The notes under the pieces are model-generated. The model worked only from the letters and a program-made list of their open reading frames with translations, did not search any database and was not told where the DNA came from. A DNA stretch of 64,000 nt, from positions 108,699,309 to 108,763,308 of the forward strand of contig NC_068985.1 of NCBI RefSeq assembly GCF_001194135.2, given 5' to 3'. Shown one piece after another: positions 1 through 11,329 of the stretch. The DNA comes from Octopus bimaculoides (Eukaryota). The position numbers and the translations under genes were made by a program. The first letter of the stretch is position 1. Each line of letters starts with the position of its first letter.

Positions 1-1578
1 ACGGATTTCTAAATCTTGGAACCTGTGAGATATACCCAATCACTTTCACTGCTCTGTGCTTAAGAATAAAGATATTTACACGTGAAATGTTCATTATCCC
101 AAGATGAAAATAAGTACCATACTATAAAAGGCATTTTAACAAAAAAAAACAAAACAAAAAAAGCATTTTAAACACTGAAACACTGGCAATTATTGTGCTA
201 AAACGAGATGCTTTATTCCAGTTCACTTGTGGTTGCTCTGATGACACGATCGATATATTATCCATACAACCGTGAGTTCTTTTATTCCACTACCCTTACT
301 GAGTGGAATTTTTATTGCTATTATTGATTAACCTTATTCAGCGTCGGCCGAGTAGATGCATACACTTTGATGGTATAACTCAACGAACGCTTGAAACAGT
401 CGTATAAATCTTCCACCATCTTCGACATTTTTATTGCAGGACATTCTCCTGTATCGACTTAGCAATGAAATCCTGCTACACATAGGGCTAAAAGAGCTGA
501 ACGACAATTGAGTGTATCTACAAAAGACGTCTATTCTTTATGACGTGATAATTTCAGCGCCGTTTATCTAACAACTGGTGACCTAGGTGAACACATACGG
601 TGGAATCACTCATTAAGTAACTTTAGATAAGCTGTCTGTTAGAACGATTTCAAAGGTCCAATTGGAAAAACATGGGTGATGTCTAACAGAAAAAATTAAG
701 GTTAAAATCGTTAGAATAGTGAACATCCCACCTTTATGCAAATAACAAGGCAGAATTTCTGTTGCAGAGATTCAAGAAGAGAAAGCAGTACGCGTAAATG
801 TCTTTCGCCATTTTGTAAACGAAACACGAGTGAGTATGCGATGTAGGTGTTAACGTGCTTTGTATAGTAAATTAAGAAACTTAATTCATTAAAATTACTG
901 ACATGGATATGAAATTATTAATTAAACGTCTAGTTCAGGTAAACAATAATTAGGAATACAACTTCGATATTAGATGAAATTAAAATTAATTACGTTATAA
1001 TTAATTGATTGTGAAATGTTACATAAAAAACATTAATGACTTGAGAATTGTTAGGAGTTATGTCACTGAATTATGAATGGTTTATATGTTAAACGATTAC
1101 GTGAAATTAGATATAGATGACCGCTGCATGGAAAATTTAAACTAAAGTTGTTAGTAGGATATTTGTAAACCAAGTCTTTTAATTAATACTGCACTATTGG
1201 TGATAAGGAGAGTCGTTATCTCAAAGACTAATTATAGTAAAAACTGGCGTATAAGTATGTTTCAATCTTTTCCTTTTAATTATGTGAATTCTTCCTACAA
1301 AGATAGAGCTAATAGAAAGAATAGTGACTGTTGAACCATACACACAGAAATTTAACATTCTTTGGGGTGATATATCTTTTGTTCTGTTTATTTAGTGCAG
1401 TAAAATTGCTACTAGTATACGGTTTGATATGTTTATGCAACACATTTTATAATATCCATTTAATTTGATGTGGATATGCAAACATAACGATACTCGATAT
1501 AATCTTAAAGAGTTGATGTCATCTCTGAAAGTCACTTAGCAATAATGTGACGAACATGTTCAGATTGGAAACCTGTTA

Positions 1579-1683
1579 AGGTTATCTCTAGAGATTTTCT
1601 ATGGAAATTATAGACAGCACCGATTTTATTATGACGTATTAGTGTTGGCTATAATTTCTATAGAAAATCTGTAGAGATAACCT
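1579..1683. repeat. ~105-bp palindromic hairpin (MITE-like foldback)
   Basis: 1580-1613 GGTTATCTCTAGAGATTTTCTATGGAAATTATAG is the reverse complement of 1649-1682 with 2 mismatches in 34 nt; the spacer is 35 nt. Confidence 0.8.
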
Positions 1684-2029
1684 AAACAACTAATGTAAGA
1701 GCACTGCTAACACAGTAGAGTCCAATATTAACTTACAAAAAACGTTTAATATACTTTAGAGTATATTATAATTGCATAGCGAAGTACCGCATCCATACAA
1801 GTCACCAGGCTAGAAGCTGTTTTGCAGTTTTAATCGAGAAACAAATCAGAATCCATTAAAACAAGCAGTGGCTTAATGGTGTGGAAGGTGGACTCCCGCG
1901 TCAACAGTTCAGCATGATACAGCTTGCTGTACTGCGATCTTAGTTCAATGGTCAAGAAAGTGTGATGGTATTAATGTTGGGGGTTCTTGATTAGCTGAAC
2001 AATCTGCATGATGAATATTATTAAAGTGG

Positions 2030-2290
2030 CGATGGTCTGTAGAGAACCAGTCCTACATTTTCATCTTCCAAACTTATATTGTTCTGGGACGAGTGCCAGA
2101 AGAACAGTAGTTATCGGGACGCAGAGTTTACATGGAATTACTATCACTTTGATGAGCAACTACAAAGTTGGAAGACTTTCATCTGCCCTAAGTCCGTTGG
2201 AGTGTATCCGAGCAATCGTCTTTCGGTAACAGTTTCCTGACGTGCAAGTCAGTACTTAGCAGGAACTTTACCAAGTGCCAAAAGACCTGA
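2030..2290 (+). mobile_element. Degenerate mariner transposase fragment (first catalytic Asp region)
   Basis: Frameshifted translation (I)GDAEFTWNYYHFDEQLQSWKTFICPK...SVTVS*RA resembles mariner TGDETWVYYYD...QS.EW...KVM.TVFWD. Confidence 0.4.
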
Positions 2291-2341
2291 TCAGAGCAGA
2301 CATATAAACAACAATGGCTGAGGAGTATGTATGTATGTATT

Positions 2342-2375
<34 letters not shown>

Positions 2376-2700
2376 TACATACATAGTATATACATGTATA
2401 CGATTGCATGTGTGCAAACAGAAAAAATATATACTAATCAAGGCGTGTGGTCTCATGATATGAATTATTGATGGTTAGGATGTGAGTTCAATTTTTCTGC
2501 CAAGTAACGCGTTTGAACAGCTGAAAATGAGAGAGTGGAAAATCCGCAATGGGCCAGCAAGAGGTTTAGTGATGTATCTTCCTCTGTACGTCACTTAAAT
2601 ACGATATATATATATATATTTATATATTTGTATGTATGTATTATGTATATATGTATGTACGTAACGTATATTTATGCATACGCATATATATTGTATATGA

Positions 2701-2757
<57 letters not shown>

Positions 2758-3054
2758 NNNNNNNNNNNNNNNNNNNNNNNNNNNNNNNNNNNNNNNNNNN
2801 NNNNNNNNNNNNNNNNNNNNNNNNNNNNNNNNNNNNNNNNNNNNNNNNNNNNNNNNNNNNNNNNNNNNNNNNNNNNNNNNNNNNNNNNNNNNNNNNNNNN
2901 NNNNNNNNNNNNNNNNNNNNNNNNNNNNNNNNNNNNNNNNNNNNNNNNNNNNNNNNNNNNNNNNNNNNNNNNNNNNNNNNNNNNNNNNNNNNNNNNNNNN
3001 NNNNNNNNNNNNNNNNNNNNNNNNNNNNNNNNNNNNNNNNNNNNNNNNNNNNNN

Positions 3055-3114
<60 letters not shown>

Positions 3115-3163
3115 GCATTCATATATATGTATGTAATTATGTATGTATTTGTGGATGGATGGA

Positions 3164-3194
<31 letters not shown>

Positions 3195-3221
3195 ATGTCT
3201 AATATACATTAGGGTACTTAC

Positions 3222-3354
3222 TGCTTCTCATGTTGTTCCATTCTGAATATTCGATCCTGCGGTCGTTGTACTTGACACCGGCAGCTGCGAACAGCATACG
3301 GCATACCTCAGCACGGCCACGGTGGTTGAAGTAGTGGAGAGTATAGGAAGGCAT
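3222..3354 (-). CDS. S-crystallin paralogue A, coding exon 1 (remaining exons not found in window)
   Basis: The reverse complement reads ATG CCT TCC TAT...ATG AGA AGC A|GTAAGT = [44 protein letters not shown]. It is 133 nt with a phase-1 donor, the same as exon 1 of genes B and C, and 40/44 aa identical to gene B. Confidence 0.95.
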
Positions 3355-3449
3355 AGTTGGATTGTCTGATGCTCTTACGGCGTCGGTCTGGAAATACTAT
3401 ATTAGCTGCTGTGAGTTAACAGTATTATGAAGACAACCTGCAACGGAGG

Positions 3450-3460
3450 TTATATATATA
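3450..3460 (-). promoter_or_regulatory. TATA box of S-crystallin paralogue A
   Basis: TATATATATAA on the - strand about 100 nt upstream of the ATG, comparable to the TATA-ATG spacing in genes B (125) and C (120). Confidence 0.55.
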
Positions 3461-3524
3461 CATGTGCTTGTGGGTCTATATAAATATATAAATCTATACA
3501 TAAAGGCTAACTTACCTATGGGTC

Positions 3525-3535
3525 TTAGTCATTGC
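3525..3535. promoter_or_regulatory. AP-1-like element TTAGTCATTGC upstream of paralogue A
   Basis: TTAGTCA (= TGACTAA) core; 10/11 identical to TTAGTCATCGC in the gene C promoter. Confidence 0.35.
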
Positions 3536-4137
3536 TAATGAGAGTTAGTTTTCGAGCCAAAATTTGGAATTGGTAGATCAACAAGAGAGAATTAGCAGGA
3601 CATTTGGTATAATTAACGCAACTACACTTGGTGACATAATCATTCAATTTGGTTATTTTGTTCTTTGAATTTTTCATTACGTATATTTTATTTTTGTTCA
3701 ATAGTATTTTCATTTCTTTTCTTTTTTTCTTTTTAAGAACGAGGTTATATGTATCTTCGACGGTTAGTGTACTAGCAGTGAAAGAAAAAAAGAAATACAA
3801 TTCACATGGCTCTTCTGACATAAGTTGGCATTTGATGTGGTTCATGTCATTCAAAGAATAGTGTTTATTGTAACGTCAAATAATGATATTAGAGACATTT
3901 TCATTCATTCTGATTTGATATAACGCACACGTTCTCATTAATCCTTTCCTAATTTCCGATTCTATATTTAACCATTCAATTTAAGTTTCGTTTAACATAA
4001 TTTATTACAAGTATTACTTTGTTTTCTTAGTCCTAATGTTGTAATTTTTATAAGAATATAAGCAGTATTACTAATGAAAAAGTCAGTACATATGTATCTC
4101 TATGTGTATGTATGCGTGTGTATGCATGCATGTTTGT

Positions 4138-4169
<32 letters not shown>

Positions 4170-4255
4170 NNNNNNNNNNNNNNNNNNNNNNNNNNNNNNN
4201 NNNNNNNNNNNNNNNNNNNNNNNNNNNNNNNNNNNNNNNNNNNNNNNNNNNNNAA

Positions 4256-4339
4256 TCTGTTCCGGCATCTCATCAGTTAATAAGACAAAATGCTATACAT
4301 GTGCTTTTGTCTTAATAGCGGATGAGATGCCGGAGCAGA
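4256..4339. repeat. Inverted repeat forming a ~35-bp stem hairpin (inverted partial copy of the hammerhead 5' half)
   Basis: 4256-4290 pairs with 4305-4339 with 2 mismatches and 2 G-U pairs on the + strand; 14-nt loop. Confidence 0.85.
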
Positions 4340-4381
4340 CTTCAGCCCCGGTATCCGAAACTCTGAGTTTTATTATGACAA
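4307..4381 (+). ncRNA. Type I hammerhead ribozyme fold (Penelope/retrozyme-type minimal HHR; core variant U4>G)
   Basis: Stem I TTGTC-T-TAATAG (4307-18) / TTATTA-T-GACAA (4370-81); core CGGATGA (4319-25); stem II GATGCCGG / CCGGTATC(C); GAAA (4357-60); stem III ACT-CTG-AGT; GUU cleavage triplet ending at 4369. Confidence 0.65.
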
Positions 4382-4924
4382 CCAACTAATTGTCATATAT
4401 TATATTTATAGATAAATTCCTCTATTTTACATAATATTGAAGTCTCATTCATTCTTCTGTTGTCGCATTATTATTATTATCATTATTATTATTTTATGTT
4501 TGACTTTTGTTTTGCATTTGTACAAGTTGGATCCACGTCTCACCCAGAGACCTCAAGAGACAACAAGTTAGAAGTTCATGTAGGTGTTATGCCTAGGGTA
4601 CCATATATTTGGATTTGTACATTTGGATTTGTACTAGAGAATGTTTAAGAAACCATAAGAAAATTGTGTTTGTTTCAAAATTTGAGATCGCATAGACAGT
4701 ATTTTTATTATTATAGACATTATTATTATTATTATATAGTCACATATAAATATATATTCATATAAATATATATACAGATACACACACAAGCACGCACATA
4801 CACACACACACGTATATATATATATATATACATACACATATATACAATCATATGTATATGTATGTATGCATGTATGGATATATCAGTTTATCGGTGTATC
4901 ACTGTATCGACCAGACAATCAAAA

Positions 4925-5345
4925 GTTACACATCGCTGGTTACAATGCAGTTTCAATTCTTTCTGAATTGCGACATTGTTTTCAATCTTTGCTCAAATCT
5001 TTAACTAAATCGTCTTCTGAGCTGCTTTTCGGATCTGTTGGATATTACTCGGCAACTACACGAGTCCATATTTAGTCTGTGGATCTTACAATAAGTCTGA
5101 CCGTACGGTATTTGTTCTTTCAGTATTCTGCGATGAAGTCGTTTTTCACCTCCTTTTCCGAATCATTTCATTTTGTATATGCTCTTGCAATGGTATTCCT
5201 CGCTCATTTTCAAAGGCTCATTTTCTGGCCATTTGCGTTGTAGCCAATTGATCTTCCTCACATTTCGCAGTAGCTCACGTTTCACTTGTGTATAATACTA
5301 AAAGCAGGACGGTGCTATTGGTGAGTCTGGCAGATGTGGTCATGT
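4925..5345 (-). mobile_element. RTE-clade LINE 3' RT relic
   Basis: Minus-strand translation NSTVLLLVLYTSET*ATAKCEEDQLATTQMAR...HIQNEMIRKR resembles RTE 'NSTVLPALLYGSETW...L..TQRAMER...HI.NE.IR'; multiple stops. Confidence 0.5.
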
Positions 5346-5384
5346 CTAGCATTGCTCTGAGCACTTTCTGTCTTTATTGATTCA

Positions 5385-5990
5385 TGCTGACTTGCGGGCT
5401 TTCAAAGAATTATACAAACGCTGCAGTTGTTGAGCATAAAGTTTAGCGTTCACAGTATGACAATTTTGGTCAAGCAAAAAGTGCAACGCCCCTACAAAAT
5501 TCCACCGAAACAACCCTTGTTTGACAGCAGGTTCTGAAGACTAGCTACAACGAATCCACTGATTTCTCTTATTAGGATTGCGAAAGTAGATCCATTGTTT
5601 ATCTTCAGTTACAATTCGACTCCAAAATCGGGCATCTCAACGATTTGCTAGCAGTTGTTTGCAAAACGTTCACACGTTGGAACTTGAACATTGGGTAGCT
5701 CATAAGGAGCTTCTCGGCAGCATCTGTACTCTGGGCCGAGCTTATAGAGTTGTAGATTGAAGGTGTTTTGTGAAGGAACAAGTTCTGCAGACAATGAACG
5801 TGTGCTTGTGCCTGGCTGCTGTTCAATCTTTTCTAGCAAAGCCACATCTAAGTCAGAAGGTCTTCCTGACGTTTGTTTCTCTTCGAAAGTCGTGTCACAT
5901 TCGAAGAAATCTCTGAACCAGTTTTGTGCCACACGTTGGTTGACAGTTCCTGGGTCACCCACATCATTATTTTCTTACACTTTCATATAT
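5385..5990 (-). mobile_element. Mariner transposase relic (HTH to catalytic region, internally deleted)
   Basis: ORF 5648-5962 GTVNQRVAQNWFRDF...EEKQTSGRPSDLD...IEQQPGTSTRSLSAEL (mariner HTH), followed by RIVTEDKQWI and TVNAKLYAQQLQRL motifs on the same strand. Confidence 0.75.
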
Positions 5991-6003
5991 AAAAGAGAGG
6001 AAA

Positions 6004-6050
<47 letters not shown>

Positions 6051-8879
6051 GAGAGAAAGTGAGTGAGTTCTAAGAGTTTAGCGACGATAAAACAAATTCT
6101 TGGGCGTATTATTCGCAAGTAATTGAATTATCCTTCCTAGAGACTTGGTCCGACAAGTTTCAAGGGCTGTACAATGTTTCGGACTCGGTTTGTATGTGAA
6201 CCTGATGGTGAGCATAGCAGATAGGGAAGTGATATGTGTGTTAATCTTTTTTCTTGCTTTATGATCTGAAATATATCCAGAGTTGTTGTTCATTCCCAGG
6301 TGAGTTACGATCAAACACTCATATGATAATGTATGTTCCAAATATGACAATCCAGAGAACTCCATAGTGAATGTTCCACCGACCTCATTGCCTAACTGGC
6401 AGAGAGTTGTGAGCGCTTGCCGACATTTCAGGTGCCAAACGCCCTTTCTTGTTCTACGCTTGAACCAAGACTGTACCTCTAACAATGAGACGGGCTACAG
6501 AAAATCCTGTGTGACAGACGGTGACCACACCTGTTTACCGTTAAGAAAGCGCTGGAGATGTCGCAGCCTCAGCGCGTGTCTGTGCATCATTAGCCACGGC
6601 ATGCTCAGCCCTCCACTCAGCGGCTGTTGACAACAGTGGAATCACCTGAGAAGCGGAACACGTCCCTTCGACAGACAGCGGAAGAGCAAGTGCTCCAATC
6701 ACGAAGCAGGGCAAGGGACGACGACCAGTCGGTCGTAGATGACGGAAGCAATGTGCGCATTCACCTCGGCGGAATTTGAACTCAGAACATAACGACAGCA
6801 GAAATGCCGCTAAGCATTTCGCCCAGCGTGCTAACGATTCTGCCAGCTCGATGCTTTAATAACAACAATAACAACAACATCATCATCATCATCATCAACA
6901 ACAACAGCAACAACAATAACAACAAAGGTTTAAAATTTTGGCACAAGGTCAACGATTCCGGAGAGGGTTAAGACGATTACATCCACTCCAGTGTTCAACC
7001 GGTACTTATCTTTCTCCTTGTTGAGCGACCCCGAAATAATGAAAGGCGTAATTTGAACTCAAAGCATAGCCCAGACATTTCTTTCCTATATCCTGAATGA
7101 TGTTATACATTTTTGTTGAAGCGCATCCAAAAGTTAAATACTAAGTATAAAAAAGAAATACAATTTTCCAACATTTATGGTAATGACTATTGTCTGTAAA
7201 TTGCATGTTTTCTATTTTTCTATATTTTATATTTTTATGTATTTTTTCTACTTCGATTTGAATTATCAACATTAATGAATATATTAATCCAAGAGAATCA
7301 TATTCATACAAGAGCTATAACAGCTACTTCTTAGCTTGAAGCTTACTTTTCTTAAAATATAATTGACCCCTACATAACTCACAGGCAATTTTGATTAAAT
7401 AATTGATTGAAGGTATTTTACAATAGTCTCCATATGTTTCTCCTAGACTCCATAAGTCTAGTGCGACAAACAAAATATTTCAATATATCCATGATATATC
7501 TGTCATATTATATGAGCTATCATACAATAAACAAAATCTATGGGGGAATTTTAAGAAAAAATATGCAAATTATCGTATCAAATCTTGCTTTACATTGTAC
7601 TAACCAAGGCTTATATCTGCCTAATTTTTTCATCGGTGGGCAGATATAGTTTCTTTTTTCACAGAAAGTATAAAGTCATTGGTTTGTTTAGGCTCCAAAT
7701 GTCAGGGTAATTCCGGCAGACGAAACACATGTCGAGACAGCGGTGTACCAGAATCCGTTGTGCCAGTGATCCAAATGTGTCATGAACATACTGCAACCAT
7801 GAAAGAGAATATTTGTTCTCCTGTGGGATGTGGAATGTCTCGAGACTAAAAAAGCAAAGTATCGTTTCATTCACGGTATTAATAACGATTTTTCTTTGAT
7901 ACTGTAGAGCGGGGCAAGCTGAGTGTCATGAGCAAAACACTGAATGATCTTAATTTGTTTCTAATAAAAATTCATTGTCATCTTAACGTCCCGGCCTAAT
8001 GTTAAGCCGATAGAAAACCTCTGTAGTGTAGACTGCCGTAACATCTAAGATCCGAAAACGTCGATAATCAAACATCGCTGTAGTGTAATTAAGAATTTTA
8101 TAAGCGATAGCTCGGTTTTGCGGATAAGAAACTTGCTTTACAACCATATGGTTTCGTATTCAGTCCCATTGTGCAGCATGCTGAGCGGGTCAAAGTCTTG
8201 TGAATGAATTTGATAGATCGGAAAGTTGTATGAAATCTCAGCATGTGTTTGTGTATATATTAATATAAATGTGTATATATTACTATATATCACTCTAAGT
8301 GTGGTGGTGGTGGTGGTGTGTGAGTGTGTGTGTGTGTATGTGTGACTTTGTGTCTATGTTGTGTTTGTCTCCTATCAATGTTTTGCGACTGATAGAATAA
8401 GTACCAGACTTTAAAATAAATAGTGAGTTCCATTTCTCCGAAGAGAAAAAAATAAATAAAAGCCTTCAATATAGAGCTCCAGCATGGTCGCAGTCCAAAA
8501 ACTGAAACAAATAAAAGAATGAAATATACAAGCTAAATCCTAAAAACGAAATCCTATTCATCACTGTCAGAGCCTCACTGCATCCATATTTTACAACTGT
8601 CACAAAATCATTTCTTTGAGCAAAGGTTATCACCCGACTATTAATTTGTGACTATATATTTCTGAACAGGAAACCGTCCATTGTGTTAATAATAATGTTT
8701 CCAGACTGATTGTGAATATACTTCGCCCTGAATTCTAAACGCAGTGTAAAAATGAAAACATACAACTGTAATAGAGATTTCAGCCATTCGTTCGCTTCAG
8801 AAGCCATAGAATTATACAAGTTTTATAAATTGCAAAAGTCTGCTCAATGATTCTAAAATACAGGGTACAGAATTTATAT

Positions 8880-9790
8880 GGAATATAGCAAAGATATTTT
8901 AAATTTAAAAAAGTCAGTAATCAAATACAAACTGCAGCTATTATAAACTAACAGTTTCGAAGCAATACCTACTATTTAACTCTTGCTACCCGAAACAAAT
9001 TAAAATAAATAACTCGTTCAAGTTAGCGAAAATATTTGCACATAGTGTCTAATAAAAATACCCAGGATTTACATTTACGTTAAATTTCATGCATAATAGT
9101 CAAGAGATAGTATCCGCCTTCACTAACAGATGGTAGGATGAAGCGTGCCAAAAGAATTGATATCCAGACACTAAGAAAGGTAGAACGGAATAACACACCC
9201 GATTTAAAAATGTTCGCCTGTGTTTCTACTCGCAGTCTTAGAGACAATGAGGCATATAACACAATTAACCTATGCTTACTAGAAACCCTGAGGGGAACTA
9301 CATTCTATGCACACATAAATTCATCAAAAGTAAAAACTAAACGCAATCACACAAGATAATACTGACCCAACAACAACGTAACCAAGAGTTAAAAAATGCG
9401 GGCGACCTAATTATAGGACATGTCTCTACGTACTGTAAGGTTTGGAATTCCATTTTTAACAAGGGCAAATGTTCAAAGTTACTTTTGCATCCGTATCTTA
9501 ATGTACGTCATATCTTTCCCAGGATGCGGACACAGCTATATAGGGCAAGCAGTAATATTCCTGCGAGGAAGAACCACACTGCATAGAGAACAAATACGTT
9601 TTCCAAGATACTGTCAAATACTGTTAAGCAAACACGTCAACAGATGTTAGGGGCATCTCTAAGGAAACTTGAAAATTTACCTTTTATGATAATGCAATGG
9701 GAAACATTTGTATGCAAGAATTAAAAACACTGCATTTATTGAAAAATATCAGACGCGACTCAATATGAAAAATTTCGGTGTATGCAAATA
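8880..9790 (+). mobile_element. Penelope-like element fragment (RT thumb + GIY-YIG endonuclease), degenerate
   Basis: Translated pieces KQYLLFNSCYPKQIK, YPPSLTDGRMKRAKRIDIQTLRK and MYVISFPGCGHSYIGQAVIFLRGRTTLHREQIRFPRY...SKHVNRC match Penelope RT-thumb/GIY-YIG motifs. Confidence 0.7.
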
Positions 9791-10909
9791 TTTTAGTTCA
9801 TAAATATATATCATTTCAATCTATTTATAATCAATTTACTTTCCAAAATAGAGGGTAAATACCTCCCTGATTCTAATAATAACAGTTACTGATCACCTCT
9901 GCACCTTATTTACCACCTGCGTCATTTACAAAATATCTCTCCTTCTACTAGAATGGATTAAAAATTTATCATGATAGCATGTAATTATGACATTATCATT
10001 TGTTAACGATTAGCGTAAGCGAAATCAGTCGACTATGTAAATATTTTATTGCATGAAATATATATCTCTTTTCCGTCATAAAATTCCCTTTCGTTTTATA
10101 TCTCTTATTATAATCCAGCACGCCGAGATTTTCTTGAGAACATTCATTATATATGTTTATATATATATATATATATATATNNNNNNNNNNNNNNNNNNNN
10201 NNNNNNNNNNNNNNNNNNNNNNNNNNNNNNNNNNNNNNNNNNNNNNNNNNNNNNNNNNNNNNNNNNNNNNNNNNNNNNNNNNNNNNNNNNNNNNNNNNNN
10301 NNNNNNNNNNNNNNNNNNNNNNNNNNNNNNNNNNNNNNNNNNNNNNNNNNNNNNNNNNNNNNNNNNNNNNNNNNNNNNNNNNNNNNNNNNNNNNNNNNNN
10401 NNNNNNNNNNNNNNNNNNNNNNNNNNNNNNNNNNNNNNNNNNNNNNNNNNNNNNNNNNNNNNNNNNNNNNNNNNNNNNNNNNNNNNNNNNNNNNNNNNNN
10501 NNNNNNNNNNNNNNNNNNNNNNNNNNNNNNNNNNNNNNNNNNNNNNNNNNNNNNNNNNNNNNNNNNNNNNNNNNNNNNNNNNNNNNNNNNNNNNNNNNNN
10601 NNNNNNNNNNNNNNNNNNNNNNNNNNNNNNNNNNNNNNNNNNNNNNNNNNNNNNNNNNNNNNNNNNNNNNNNNNNNNNNNNNNNNNNNNNNNNNNNNNNN
10701 NNNNNNNNNNNNNNNNNNNNNNNNNNNNNNNNNNNNNNNNNNNNNNNNNNNNNNNNNNNNNNNNNNNNNNNNNNNNNNNNNNNNNNNNNNNNNNNNNNNN
10801 NNNNNNNNNNNNNNNNTATATATATATTTGAAGTGTGTTCTGTTAAGAATTCTTTTACTCCATGACAAAACATGGCTTGTTTGCGAAGTTCGGACACGGC
10901 ACTAGCATA

Positions 10910-11106
10910 TTCTTTTCTACTCTAGGATCAAGGCTCGAAATTTTTGGAAGGGGGTCAGTCAGTACGCAACTGGTACTTAATTTACCGACCCCAAAGTGAT
11001 GAAAAGCAAAGTCGACTTCGGCGGAATTTGAACTCAGAACGTAAAGACAGACGAAATACCGCTAAGTATTTCGCCCCGCGTGCTAACGTTTCTGCCAGCT
11101 CGCCGT
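10910..11106 (-). mobile_element. tRNA-headed SINE, family 'B' (best copy; related copies near 6760-7060, 17960-18300, 29000-29110, 37060-37290, 41585-41785, 47420-47600, 49175-49340, 60720-61120)
   Basis: Recurrent GGCGGAATTTGAACTCAGAAC...GCTAAG(C/T)ATTT...GTGCTAACG..TCTGCCAGC block; its reverse complement has pol III A/B-box-like motifs and a conserved central (C)ATC...GGGGTCG(A/G)TAAATTAAGTACCAG segment. Confidence 0.8.
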
Positions 11107-11329
11107 CTTTGTGGAACTGGCATATTGAACTCGTAAAAACATTCCTTTTATATACATCAATGATTAGCGTTCCAACTTTATAATATATGTATGAATATTT
11201 GTGTGTGCGCCTGTGTGTGTGTTTCCATAAAGATAGTGTTTTTGCATGTGTGCATATATGTATGTATGCGTGCGGTAATCTCTCGGAAAAATAGTGCACC
11301 GGTGATCGTTGATCTTAATGGAGGAGCAT

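Noticed and set aside
230-540. Possible mariner C-terminal relic on the - strand
   Set aside because: Motif similarity (GIKEL.VVW) is too weak to support by eye.
2535-3212. Long ORFs of IY/YI, TH/HT, RE/ER, CV, LS repeats and X runs throughout the ORF track
   Set aside because: Translations of (AT)n, (CA)n, (GA)n and (ATCT)n microsatellites and N-gaps; not genes.
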